DNA of 38,209 nucleotides from Myxococcota bacterium (GCA_052034245.1 JBPOIV010000095.1:1-38209), one strand, 5' to 3'. Positions 7,082 to 16,317 are shown, numbered from the stretch's first letter. Numbers and translations: made by a program. The notes: generated from the letters alone by a model not told the origin.

Positions 7082-7876
7082 TCACCACGACGAGGTGACG
7101 ATATTAGCAGTTGGAACATCCAGCTCCGTGAGCCTACTTGCGATATCGGTTTCGAATTGACTTTCTTTTTCTGGGGTACGATCAGTGCCACTTATAACGT
7201 AGAGTGCATCAATGCCGTATTCACTCACTACCCTGCTAATATAATCCGGCACATCATCCAGCCTGGCCGTTAGGCGCGAAGCGCCTTTGCCTGTCTCATA
7301 ATATTTGTAAAAGCTTCCAAGGTTTTCAAAATATCGGCTATGAAGAACCTGTTTACCTTCGCGCACAGTATGGATTAGGCAATAAGTTTGCAAATCTCCT
7401 TTATGCTGCATCACGCCATAGGCACGATTACTCGCTTCACCAGCGGCAAAAAAAACTACCTTTTGGGCCTTTTTAAGTTTAGTCGATAATTCCGTAGGTA
7501 CCACTTCGAGTATATATTTTTTATTATTTACTTCTGCCTCTGCCAGTCGCTTACTTTGATGGACTAAATGACCTGTGGACTTCGTAACGGTAATCTCTAT
7601 AGACAGCGCCTTAGTTTTTTCTTCATCACTCCATTGTATATTTGTGACCGAGTAATAGCGGGATTCATAGTGTCTGATGCGACCGTTGTAGGCTATGCGA
7701 ACATAATCACCTACGCCAATCGGAATCTCTGTGCCATCGCATGCGGAAAAAGAAATGGTAAATGATGATTGATCTTGGGTAATAAAGCTTGGAGCTTCGG
7801 TCACTTTGACCGGGATAAAATCCGCACGGGACAGGGTAGAAAAAGCTAGGAGAAGAAAAAATAATCGCCTTGCCAT
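7082..7876 (-). CDS. Exported ferredoxin-NADP reductase (FNR)-fold-like protein with a degenerate nucleotide-binding motif, function unknown
   Basis: N-terminus MARRLFFLLLAFSTLSRA (RR-x-F-F, signal-like). VGDYVRI...RYYSV fits the FNR-family FAD-binding R-x-Y-S motif. VVFFAAGEASNRA sits where GGTGIAP would be. YVISG sits where the CGP motif would be. The protein ends in an aromatic residue (SSW). SD aggtga lies upstream of the ATG at 7876. Confidence 0.6.
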   Translation of the reverse strand: MARRLFFLLLAFSTLSRADFIPVKVTEAPSFITQDQSSFTISFSACDGTEIPIGVGDYVRIAYNGRIRHYESRYYSVTNIQWSDEEKTKALSIEITVTKSTGHLVHQSKRLAEAEVNNKKYILEVVPTELSTKLKKAQKVVFFAAGEASNRAYGVMQHKGDLQTYCLIHTVREGKQVLHSRYFENLGSFYKYYETGKGASRLTARLDDVPDYISRVVSEYGIDALYVISGTDRTPEKESQFETDIASRLTELDVPTANIVTSSW

Positions 7877-7993
7877 AGATCACCTGAGAGGGGTTTGGCG
7901 TGCTTGTAAATCTTAGTTTTTTTTCCGTCAAGCTCGGCATGCACCGACTGGCCCTTTCTGAAATTTTCCTCCATACTGATGCTGAGGTGTAGT

Positions 7994-9427
7994 ATGGCGA
8001 AGCGCGAAAATCCTTTAAAAATATATGGAAAAAAGGCCGACTTCTGGGCTTTGACAATTGTGCATGAATATCATGAGGAAATAGTCTTTCAGCGCCGAGT
8101 GCAAGATCCAGTCAGATGCACTAATGACGTTGGAGCACTCATTACGGTTATGAAGGATGGTGCTCTTGCCTATGCTTCCACCCAAGATCTAAGTGATGAA
8201 GGATTGCGTACTGCTTTTGATGAAGCTTTTCAGTGGGCCACCCGTCTTTCAACGCATTCATTGCTTAAAAACGTGGGCATTCCTTTTGAAAATAATCTTG
8301 GAAGTTATGCCCCTAATCGTGAGACGCTTCTTTCCAAAATCGCTCTGAGCGACAAATTGCATCTCTTGAGCGAGGCCGATAAGGCCGCCAAAATAAGCGA
8401 TGAAATCATCGATACCAGTGCTTCACTGTGGACTATAGATACCAAGCATAGTTATGAAAATTCCTTGGGCGCTTTCATCGAGCAAGACATCAATCTATTT
8501 GTTCCCGCCCTAAGTATTAGCGCGCATCACGACGGTATCACGCAAGTACGCACCTTGGGCGGCATGCGGGCTTATTGTCAGCAAGGCGGCATGGAAAGTC
8601 TTCTTCATCTCGATCTTATAAAAAAAGCGGGGGAACTGGCTCAAGATGCTATTGATTTAGCTCATGCGCCTAACTGCCCCACCGATACCATGGACGTGCT
8701 CATCGACCCCGATCAGATGATGCTGCAAATTCATGAATCCATTGGTCATCCGCTTGAACTTGATCGTATTTTGGGAGACGAGCGCAATTATGCGGGCACA
8801 AGTTTTGTTAGCCTCGACATGTTTGGTACTTACCAATATGGGTCATCCCTTTTGAACGTAAGTTTTGATCCTACGATTGCCAAAGAATTTGCTTCGTATG
8901 GGTATGACGATGAAGGCACACAGGCTAAGAAAGAATTTTTGATCAAAGATGGAATTCTCGTGCGTCCCTTGGGTGCTGCTGTTGCTCAAAAACGAGCAGG
9001 AATGCCTGGGGTAGCGAATGCTCGATCCTCGTCGTGGAATCGTCCTCCTATTGATCGCATGGCTAATCTTAATATCGAGCCAGGCCCACATCGTTTCGAA
9101 GAAATGCTATCGAGCATAGAAAAGGGGATTTATCTGCGCTCAAATTCTTCATGGTCCATCGATGATTCGCGCAATAAATTTCAATTTGGCTGCGAGTGGG
9201 GACGTTTGATCGAAAATGGTCGTTTAGGAAAGGTTGTGAGAAACCCTAATTATCGAGGCATCAGCGCTAATTTTTGGCGCAATCTCGCCATGGTAGGTGA
9301 AGCCGAAAGTGTGCAAGTGATGGGAACTCCTTATTGCGGCAAGGGTGAGCCGAATCAATGTATTCGAGTTGGGCACGCGTCCCCCGTATGTCTTTTTAAA
9401 AATGTCGACGTATTTGGTGGAGAATGA
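7994..9427 (+). CDS. tldD: TldD-family metalloprotease
   Basis: HExxxH motif IHESIGHPLELD, with the length and conservation pattern typical of TldD. ATG at 7994 is preferred over 7979 because gaggtg (7985-7990) lies just upstream of it. ATGA overlap with the next gene at 9424-9427. Confidence 0.9.
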   Translation: MAKRENPLKIYGKKADFWALTIVHEYHEEIVFQRRVQDPVRCTNDVGALITVMKDGALAYASTQDLSDEGLRTAFDEAFQWATRLSTHSLLKNVGIPFENNLGSYAPNRETLLSKIALSDKLHLLSEADKAAKISDEIIDTSASLWTIDTKHSYENSLGAFIEQDINLFVPALSISAHHDGITQVRTLGGMRAYCQQGGMESLLHLDLIKKAGELAQDAIDLAHAPNCPTDTMDVLIDPDQMMLQIHESIGHPLELDRILGDERNYAGTSFVSLDMFGTYQYGSSLLNVSFDPTIAKEFASYGYDDEGTQAKKEFLIKDGILVRPLGAAVAQKRAGMPGVANARSSSWNRPPIDRMANLNIEPGPHRFEEMLSSIEKGIYLRSNSSWSIDDSRNKFQFGCEWGRLIENGRLGKVVRNPNYRGISANFWRNLAMVGEAESVQVMGTPYCGKGEPNQCIRVGHASPVCLFKNVDVFGGE

Positions 9428-10752
9428 GCATGAGGAATTATTTTCATGAATTAATGAAAATTATTGATAAGAATCTTTTACCCGAAGAGCGCTATACGGC
9501 TTGGTTTTCTGGGGAAGTGTTAGACTATGCTCGCTTTAATCATGCAAAAATTCGACAAGCCGGCAGTGTGTTTCAGCAATGCCTTGAACTTGATTTAATC
9601 AAGGGTGCAAAGCATGCGCAAAGCACCTTGAGTCTGAGTAAAAATCTGGCGCTCGATGAAGAAAGAATAAAAAATTCCCTCAAACGTCAACGAGAAATTA
9701 TTTCGTTTAGTGATGATGATCCCTATTTGATGATCAACGAAGACCCTATTTCCACCGAATGTGTGAGCGAAAATAAACTTCAAGATAAGCTCGATATTAT
9801 TGACCAAGTATTAAGCGAAGCACACTCGCTCGATCTCGTTGGCTCTTATATCGGCGGTCCGATTTACAAAGGTTTTGCGAGTTCTTTTGGGCAACGTAAT
9901 TGGTTTGAGAGCTCAAGCTTCATCATTGATACGAGTCTCTATCATTCGGGCGATAAGGCTATCAAGCAAAGCTATTGTGATAAAAGCTACCAGCATCATA
10001 TTTTTCAGCAAAAAATGCATAACTCGCGACAAGGGTTAGAACTTTTCAATAAAGAATCGAGAACTATAAAACCTGGTTCTTATCGCGTTTATTTTTCGCC
10101 TTCTGCAGTGCATGAAATTTTATCGATGCTTAATTGGGATGGCTTTTCGAGAAAGGCTTTGGAAGTAAAGAATTCTCCCCTCATGCCGCTTTTAGAAAAA
10201 AAGAAAGAGCTCTCAGCAGACTTTGCTCTTTTTGAACATATAGAAGCGGGAGTAGGACCGAACTTTCAAGCTAACGGATTTATTAAACCGAATAAACTGA
10301 GTTTGATTGAACATGGTGAACTAAAAAACTCCTTAATCTCCCCTAAAACGGCAAAAGAATATGCGCTCTATCACAACGGTGCCGATGACGATGAGCATGC
10401 CTGCGCGCTCGAAATGTCGCCAGGCACGCTTAAACAGGAAGATATTCTTTCCACTTTAGGCGATGGGCTTTTTATTAATAATCTTTGGTATTTAAATTTT
10501 TCTGATCGACAAAATGGCTGCCTCACCGGGATGACACGATTTTTTTGCTATGTCGTTAAAAATGGCAAAGCCATCGCGCCTTTTTCCGTTATGCGTTTTG
10601 ATGATTCTATTTATCGTATCTTTGGCGAAAAACTTTCGGCGATTACGAGCGAGCGAGAAATGATTATCGACAATAGCACCTACGAAGAGCGATCAACAGC
10701 TTCAGCGCATTTACCGGGTATTATTGTCGATGAGCTAAAATTTACCCTTTAA
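9424..10752 (+). CDS. pmbA: PmbA/TldE partner of TldD
   Basis: 442-aa TldD/PmbA-family protein lacking HExxxH. It is translationally coupled to tldD (4-nt ATGA overlap, ggtggaga SD). Confidence 0.85.
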   Translation: MSMRNYFHELMKIIDKNLLPEERYTAWFSGEVLDYARFNHAKIRQAGSVFQQCLELDLIKGAKHAQSTLSLSKNLALDEERIKNSLKRQREIISFSDDDPYLMINEDPISTECVSENKLQDKLDIIDQVLSEAHSLDLVGSYIGGPIYKGFASSFGQRNWFESSSFIIDTSLYHSGDKAIKQSYCDKSYQHHIFQQKMHNSRQGLELFNKESRTIKPGSYRVYFSPSAVHEILSMLNWDGFSRKALEVKNSPLMPLLEKKKELSADFALFEHIEAGVGPNFQANGFIKPNKLSLIEHGELKNSLISPKTAKEYALYHNGADDDEHACALEMSPGTLKQEDILSTLGDGLFINNLWYLNFSDRQNGCLTGMTRFFCYVVKNGKAIAPFSVMRFDDSIYRIFGEKLSAITSEREMIIDNSTYEERSTASAHLPGIIVDELKFTL

Positions 10753-11509
10753 AATTAGTTGGTGCTTGGTGATCGTCATGCTTCGCACCAATGCGCTTAC
10801 TCGTTTTCGTGCGGTGGGCAATATTGATTGCCTCTACGAGTACAGAAAATCCCAAGGCAAAATAGACATAGGCGCGTGGCAAATGATGCCCAAAACTTTC
10901 AGCGACGAGAAGCACGGCGATCAGGAGCAAGAAAGAGAGCCCCAATACCTTCATCGATGGATGGCGATCCAAAAAATTGGCTATGTAATTAGAAAAGGCC
11001 AACATGACAAATACTGCAATGATCACAGCCACCGCCATAATAGCCATATGCGAAACAAGGCCAATAGCAGTGATAATGGAATCGAGCGAAAACACTAAGT
11101 CCAGCAAAATGATTTGCCCAATAGCTGCCTTCATGGTGATGGTTTTTTTCGTTTGATCAGGTGGAGCACTGGCCTGTTCAAGATGCACGAAAATTTCTTG
11201 GGTAGCTTTATAAATTAAAAACAGACCGCCTAAGCCTAAAACAATATCGCGTCCTGAAAACGAAAATTCCATTATCGTAAATAAAGGCTTGGTGAGCGAT
11301 AAAACCCAACCCAGAGAGAAAAGCAGCGCTAGGCGGCCGAACAGCGCCAGACCAATGCCCCAGCGTCGAGCACTTTCCTGCTTTGCCTTAGGCAGCCTGC
11401 TGGTAACGATACTGATAAACAATAAATTATCGATACCCAAAACAATTTCTAGGGCAGTAAGTGCAAGAAAACTCAAATATGTTTGTGGATCGCTAAGCAG
11501 CTCTATCAT
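10742..11509 (-). CDS. TerC-family integral membrane protein
   Basis: N-terminal LALTALEIVLGIDNLLFISI and a repeated DSIITAIG-type segment, as in TerC/YjbE/Alx-like proteins. About 7 TM segments. Confidence 0.8.
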   Translation of the reverse strand: MIELLSDPQTYLSFLALTALEIVLGIDNLLFISIVTSRLPKAKQESARRWGIGLALFGRLALLFSLGWVLSLTKPLFTIMEFSFSGRDIVLGLGGLFLIYKATQEIFVHLEQASAPPDQTKKTITMKAAIGQIILLDLVFSLDSIITAIGLVSHMAIMAVAVIIAVFVMLAFSNYIANFLDRHPSMKVLGLSFLLLIAVLLVAESFGHHLPRAYVYFALGFSVLVEAINIAHRTKTSKRIGAKHDDHQAPTNFKG

Positions 11510-11703
11510 TACATCGCTCCGGCTTTTTCCAGCCTAAACCTTTTCTCTTATAGTATCGAGCAAAAAAATTATGCGTTGTTATTTCCCAAGAAGGACGCTA
11601 GGCTAAAAAAATAAGAACTGATTCAAACGCGATGAAAACCTTCTCGACGCTTTGATACCTAGCTTTTTTTATTGCTTGTCATGATAACGACGCGAGTAAT
11701 CCT

Positions 11704-14028
11704 ATGCCTACTATTTTCGATTCGGTTGCACGTTTTTTATATCGAGGACGTTATTATCTTTTCACGTTTGCGATTGCTTTGACGATTTTTTTTGGAATTT
11801 TTGCCACCCAAATTAAATTTAATTTTTCTCCCGATACCATTTTTCTCGAAGACGATGATGCGTATTTGTTTTATGAAAAAGAATACCTGCCCGCTTTCTC
11901 GCACACCGGCCAATGGTGCATGCTCGCTGTTGAGAACAAAAATAACCAACAAATTGATGCCGTAGTAAAAAAGATTGCCGCTAAGCTGCAGAAAAATCCC
12001 TATGTCCTGCAAATAATGGATGCCTACAATCAGCCTATTTTCATTCCCACTGACACTGGCTTCAAACGTTTGCCGACCGAAAATGCGAAGGGCGAACTGA
12101 GCCCTGCCGCTAAAGCTTATTTTCAAGAACATCCGCTCTATCGTGGCACTTTTTTAGGAAAAGACGGCCGTTCGATGGCCCTGACTTTCCTTTTGAATGC
12201 CAGTTTTAAAGACCAAGATGAACAAAATCTAGCTATCGAAAGTATTGAAGCGGATCTTGAGGAGTTTCGACAAGATAATTCGATCAAAGTCCATCTCACC
12301 GGCACCCCCGTCATTCAGCATGAAATGGTCAAATTGCTCAAAAGCGACCAAGTTCATTTCTTGCCGCTTGTTGCCGTTTTCCTTGTGTTATTGCTTTTTG
12401 CCATGACTAAGCACCTCTTTGGTGCACTATTTCCTTTAACAGTAATCTCTTTAGCCATCATCTGGATCGTTGGCTACTTAGGCCTCATAGGCCACGATAT
12501 TAACGTGGTAAACAACGCATTAATTATGCTGATCATGGTCATTGGTATTGCCGATGCAGTGCATATCTATACGCGTTATGTCGATGAAAGTATCAATGCT
12601 CGTCTAAACGGCAAAATCCCAAACAAAGAAGAGGTTATTAGGAAAACTCTCAGCGCCATGTTATTGCCTTGCTTTCTCACGAGCGCTACAACTGCTTTAG
12701 GTTTTCTTTCTTCAGCTTTTTCCGGCATTCAAATCATCGAGCTCTTCGGTATTGATACCGCGATCGGTGTGATGTTTTGCTATGTCATTACTTTCTTAAT
12801 CATGCCGGCGCTTTTGTCGTGGCACAAATTACCCCATCATCATGCCCCATCTTTTATGCATAAATGGCCTCGTTTTCTTAGCATTGATGGCGTGCTTTTT
12901 TACACTATTTCCAAATCTCTTCGCTACGCCAAATGGCTTACAGCGGTTTCAGTAATCTCCTTAGTTGCCGCGGTTGTTATTGGCAAAAATATAAGTTCGA
13001 AACAAAATTGGACGGGAGAATTGCCGCCGGATAACGACGTGAGTTTAGCGCTAAATTTTATTGAGGAAAATTTCTCTCCGATAATGCCTTTTTATGTCGT
13101 CTTTTCTGGCTCAAGAGAAAAAATATCGTCGAGACAAACCGCGGTAATGATGACTGCCTTGGCAGAAGAAATTCGTCAGCATCCTATAAAGCCTGCCGTT
13201 CGGGCCTTAACCGATCCTTTAAATTTTTTGCTACATAAAAATCCTCAGCCGCTTAATTTGAAAGACATTGACGATGAGACCTATGGTGAAATTCTGAAAG
13301 GAATGGAGCAGTTTAGCAAAGAAGAAAAATATGATGTTGGTGAATCATTTTTTAGTAAGGATGGCAAATATCTGCGCATGCTCGGCTTCTTGCCCAATGT
13401 TTCGACCACCGAGGCGGAAGAATTTCGCACATTTTTGATCGCGACCTTGAAAAAATATAAAAGCGACGGCATTAGACTTCATGCCACGGGCCCAGCGCTT
13501 ATTTCCTCACAGGCTCTGCATAATCTGACTCGCAGCATGGCAAGCTCAATTGGCCTGGCTTTGCTATTTATTAGTCTTTTCGTGGCAGTATTTTTTCGCT
13601 CTTTACGTTACATGGTTATCGCAGTCCTCCCCAATATTCTTCCCATTGGGCTCACCATCGCTGTCATGTATCTTTTCGATATCGATGTGCGTCTTGCCAC
13701 CGTCATGATTTTCTCCATGGCCCTAGGTCTTTCGATTGATGCGTGCATACATTTACTTTCGCGCATGGAAGAAGAGCGTCATAAGAGCAATAAATCGCTC
13801 GATAAAGTTATTTTTATGCGTGCCATTTATCGCGCTTTTCAGGGCTCGGGGCGCCCGATTATCTATACGACATTCATTCTTTTGGGCGGCTTTTCTATTA
13901 TGTTCTTCTCTGAATTTATGGCCCTAAGAGATTTTTCGATTATTGCTGCAATAACGCTGCTTAGCGCGTTGATTGCCGATATTGTTTTATTACCGGCTCT
14001 CTTATTGGTAAGTAGGAAGCGATCATGA
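11704..14028 (+). CDS. RND-superfamily exporter of the MMPL/HpnN-like type
   Basis: 774 aa with two repeats, each of one TM segment, a large soluble loop and a 5-TM bundle (LLFAMTKHLFGALFPLTVISLAIIW... and SLFVAVFFRSLRYMVIAVLPNILPIG...). This is the typical MMPL/SSD architecture. Confidence 0.8.
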   Translation: MPTIFDSVARFLYRGRYYLFTFAIALTIFFGIFATQIKFNFSPDTIFLEDDDAYLFYEKEYLPAFSHTGQWCMLAVENKNNQQIDAVVKKIAAKLQKNPYVLQIMDAYNQPIFIPTDTGFKRLPTENAKGELSPAAKAYFQEHPLYRGTFLGKDGRSMALTFLLNASFKDQDEQNLAIESIEADLEEFRQDNSIKVHLTGTPVIQHEMVKLLKSDQVHFLPLVAVFLVLLLFAMTKHLFGALFPLTVISLAIIWIVGYLGLIGHDINVVNNALIMLIMVIGIADAVHIYTRYVDESINARLNGKIPNKEEVIRKTLSAMLLPCFLTSATTALGFLSSAFSGIQIIELFGIDTAIGVMFCYVITFLIMPALLSWHKLPHHHAPSFMHKWPRFLSIDGVLFYTISKSLRYAKWLTAVSVISLVAAVVIGKNISSKQNWTGELPPDNDVSLALNFIEENFSPIMPFYVVFSGSREKISSRQTAVMMTALAEEIRQHPIKPAVRALTDPLNFLLHKNPQPLNLKDIDDETYGEILKGMEQFSKEEKYDVGESFFSKDGKYLRMLGFLPNVSTTEAEEFRTFLIATLKKYKSDGIRLHATGPALISSQALHNLTRSMASSIGLALLFISLFVAVFFRSLRYMVIAVLPNILPIGLTIAVMYLFDIDVRLATVMIFSMALGLSIDACIHLLSRMEEERHKSNKSLDKVIFMRAIYRAFQGSGRPIIYTTFILLGGFSIMFFSEFMALRDFSIIAAITLLSALIADIVLLPALLLVSRKRS

Positions 14029-14747
14029 GTGCGTTAGATAAAGTTGTCAAAAATGCGACCCTGGCTCTCGCGGATTTATTCGATGGTGCGACGATTATGA
14101 GCGGCGGCTTTGGGCTTTCTGGGAGTGCTGAGAATTGCATAATTGCCATGAGGGATTCAGGAAAAAAAGATTTAACAATTATTTCCAATAATTGTGGCAA
14201 CCAAGGAAAAGGTTTGGCCATTTTGTTGCAAAACAAGCAGGTAAAAAAAGTAATTTGTTCTTTTGTTGGTGGTAATCCTGACCTTGAAGAACTCATGCTC
14301 AAAAAGGCTATCGAGGTTGAACTAAATCCTCAAGGCACTCTGGCTGAAAGAATACGCGCAGGCGGCGTGGGTTTGGGCGGATTTTTCACGCCCACCGGTG
14401 TTTCTACCTTGGTTGCAAAAGACAAAGAGCATCGCGTCATTGATGGCAAGGAGATGATTTTCGAAACTGCCCTCACCGCCGATTTTTCCATACTTCGTGC
14501 TGCCGTGGCCGATACCTACGGCAATTTACGTTTTTACCGTACCAGCCATAATTTTTGTCCTGCCATGGCTATGGCCGGAAAGATTACTATTGTCGAAGCA
14601 GAAAAAATTGTGCCTTTTGGATCCATTGATCCCGACGATATTCATTTGCCGGGCATATTTGTTGATCGAATTTTCCAAGGACAAGATCATCAAAACGTGA
14701 TCGAGCATTTGAAAATTCGACCTAACGCAATAAATCCTCAAGTTTGA
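14025..14747 (+). CDS. 3-oxoacid CoA-transferase family, subunit A only
   Basis: DGATIMSGGFGLSGSAENCI, VKKVICSFVGGN, ELNPQGTLAERIRAGGVGLGGFFTPTG and DTYGNLRFYRTSHNFCPAMAMAG match ScoA/AtoD-type alpha subunits. ATGA overlap with the exporter stop at 14025-14028. SD aggaag at 14014-14019. Confidence 0.8.
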   Translation: MSALDKVVKNATLALADLFDGATIMSGGFGLSGSAENCIIAMRDSGKKDLTIISNNCGNQGKGLAILLQNKQVKKVICSFVGGNPDLEELMLKKAIEVELNPQGTLAERIRAGGVGLGGFFTPTGVSTLVAKDKEHRVIDGKEMIFETALTADFSILRAAVADTYGNLRFYRTSHNFCPAMAMAGKITIVEAEKIVPFGSIDPDDIHLPGIFVDRIFQGQDHQNVIEHLKIRPNAINPQV

Positions 14748-15546
14748 TCTTGGTATCAGTTTTCTCGTCGCGATACTTGATGATAATAGGCGCTGAAACG
14801 GATAAGCCATGCTCTTTGGCAAAAGCATTTTGTAAATTTCTCATACCAGGCACAACGACGGCATTAGCAGGAATTTTTAATGTCTCTTCTTCCCCATCGG
14901 CCTGTAAAATACGCTCATGTACCAAATCGAATACTTTGACGCTTTTCGTCAAAATAACTCCCGCGCCAATAACTGCACGGCTTTGTACTTGGGTTCCTTC
15001 ATAGATGCCGCAATTGCCGCCCACTAAGCAATCATCCTCGATCACAACGGGTGAAGCGCCAATGGGCTCGAGGACGCCACCGATTTGCACTCCGGCCGAA
15101 AGATGCACGCGTTTACCAACTTGAGCGCAGGAGCCAACCAGTGCGTGAGAGTCGATCATTGAATCTTCGTCGACAAAAGCGCCAATATTGATATAGGAGG
15201 GAGGCATCATCACGACGTTCTTGCCTAAAAAAGAACCTCGTCGCGCACTTGAAGAAAAAGGAACAATGCGAAGACTGTCTTTCAGACCAAAATGGCGAGG
15301 AAAGAGATTGCCTTTATCGACAAAACTCATGGGCCCGCAAGAAAGTTCTTCTTTTTGCCCGAGACGAAAGCAGAGAAGAATGCCCTTCTTCACGCGCGGA
15401 TCTACACACCATTCATTTTCATTTTTTTCGGCACAACGAATAGCACCGCTTTCTAGGGCATCAAGAAATTGCTCACTAAGATCTGCACATGCTTGATCGG
15501 TTCTTCCTTCATCAAAAGCTTTTGCAATGCTGTCTAAAATGCTCAT
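14722..15546 (-). CDS. dapD: 2,3,4,5-tetrahydropyridine-2,6-dicarboxylate N-succinyltransferase
   Basis: 274 aa. ALESGAIRCAEK...W, MPPSYINIGAFVDEDSMIDSHALVGSCAQVGKRVHLSAGVQIGGVLEP and IIEDDCLVGG align closely to E. coli DapD as I recall it (hexapeptide-repeat core). Confidence 0.92.
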   Translation of the reverse strand: MSILDSIAKAFDEGRTDQACADLSEQFLDALESGAIRCAEKNENEWCVDPRVKKGILLCFRLGQKEELSCGPMSFVDKGNLFPRHFGLKDSLRIVPFSSSARRGSFLGKNVVMMPPSYINIGAFVDEDSMIDSHALVGSCAQVGKRVHLSAGVQIGGVLEPIGASPVVIEDDCLVGGNCGIYEGTQVQSRAVIGAGVILTKSVKVFDLVHERILQADGEEETLKIPANAVVVPGMRNLQNAFAKEHGLSVSAPIIIKYRDEKTDTKIKLEDLLR

Positions 15547-15633
15547 AAAATCCCCTAAAAAGTGTAGGGGGCTGATAGCACGGCTACATTGTTTCCAGAA
15601 GTATTGCTTGCGCGAAAACTTTTAGAGACTTGA

Positions 15634-16170
15634 TCAAGGTTCCAAACTCTGGCTACTTGAACTCGCACTCGTGTTATTTTCCAAAGATAAATTATTGGCT
15701 TGGCTCAACCAATAAATAACAGCGTTTTTAAGTTGCCCAAAAGCTTTTTCGGAAAGTTTCGGCACGGCATATTTTTCAGATAAATCATTCGCTATTTTTG
15801 CCACAAAAGCATCCAGCGCAAAGCCAGGGAGAGTGCCGGAAACCCCGACATAATTACTTGCTACTTCGCCTATGATAAAGCCAATTGCTGCGCTTGATAA
15901 ACTTGAGAAAACACTGTCGCTCAGATATTTTAAGCCCGCATTTAGGTTTTCTTCGCCGATGAGCTTTGCAAACGATTTACTAAGAGTATTTGCTCCTTGA
16001 TAGAGAAAGCTCAATCCTTTTTTGCTCCAGTCAGCAATGGTCGAAAAGAAGACTTCCTCACTATTTGATTCACTCATGCTTAATGATGAAGACTCTAAAG
16101 CTTTAAGAGGTGTACTAGCAGGCAGTGAGGCCCCTAAGAGCATAAAAATAAATAATGTTTTTAAATACAT
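15634..16170 (-). CDS. Exported hypothetical protein
   Basis: Signal peptide MYLKTLFIFMLLGASLPA. Ser-rich with an internal hydrophobic stretch AAIGFIIGEVA. SD agggga lies upstream of the ATG at 16170. No family recognised. Confidence 0.5.
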   Translation of the reverse strand: MYLKTLFIFMLLGASLPASTPLKALESSSLSMSESNSEEVFFSTIADWSKKGLSFLYQGANTLSKSFAKLIGEENLNAGLKYLSDSVFSSLSSAAIGFIIGEVASNYVGVSGTLPGFALDAFVAKIANDLSEKYAVPKLSEKAFGQLKNAVIYWLSQANNLSLENNTSASSSSQSLEP

Positions 16171-16317
16171 ATTTTCCCCTAAAAATACCTACTAAATACC
16201 TCGTAAATAATCATTTTAGTTTCACTAAGAAAAAAAATAAACTATGCTCCACATTCTATCATCAATTGACTCTCGCTCTTCGGCCTCCTAAGAGAATGGA
16301 AATCTTATTCTTTTTTA

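Noticed and set aside
7707-8057. 116-aa minus-strand ORF spanning the divergent promoter region and both neighbouring gene starts
   Set aside because: It overlaps the 5' ends of two well-supported genes. The peptide is Ser/Pro/Arg/Phe-rich and looks like junk, and there is no SD.
7979-10752. Searched around tldD-pmbA for a small precursor-peptide gene, since TldD/E process microcin B17-type peptides
   Set aside because: No short ORF with an SD flanks the pair and no modification-enzyme genes are adjacent. The pair looks like the ordinary housekeeping tldD-pmbA operon.
11510-11703. Looked for a yybP-ykoY (Mn2+) riboswitch in the leader of the TerC-family gene
   Set aside because: The minus-strand leader lacks the conserved GGGGAGTAG and TTGACA...GCAAGACC elements. 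Only a short ggct/agcc hairpin lies next to the SD.
14748-15546. Looked for a CoA-transferase B subunit or its remnant downstream of the A subunit
   Set aside because: The region is fully occupied by an intact dapD on the opposite strand, and no plus-strand frame shows ScoB-like sequence. The absence is reported as a finding, not as a pseudogene.
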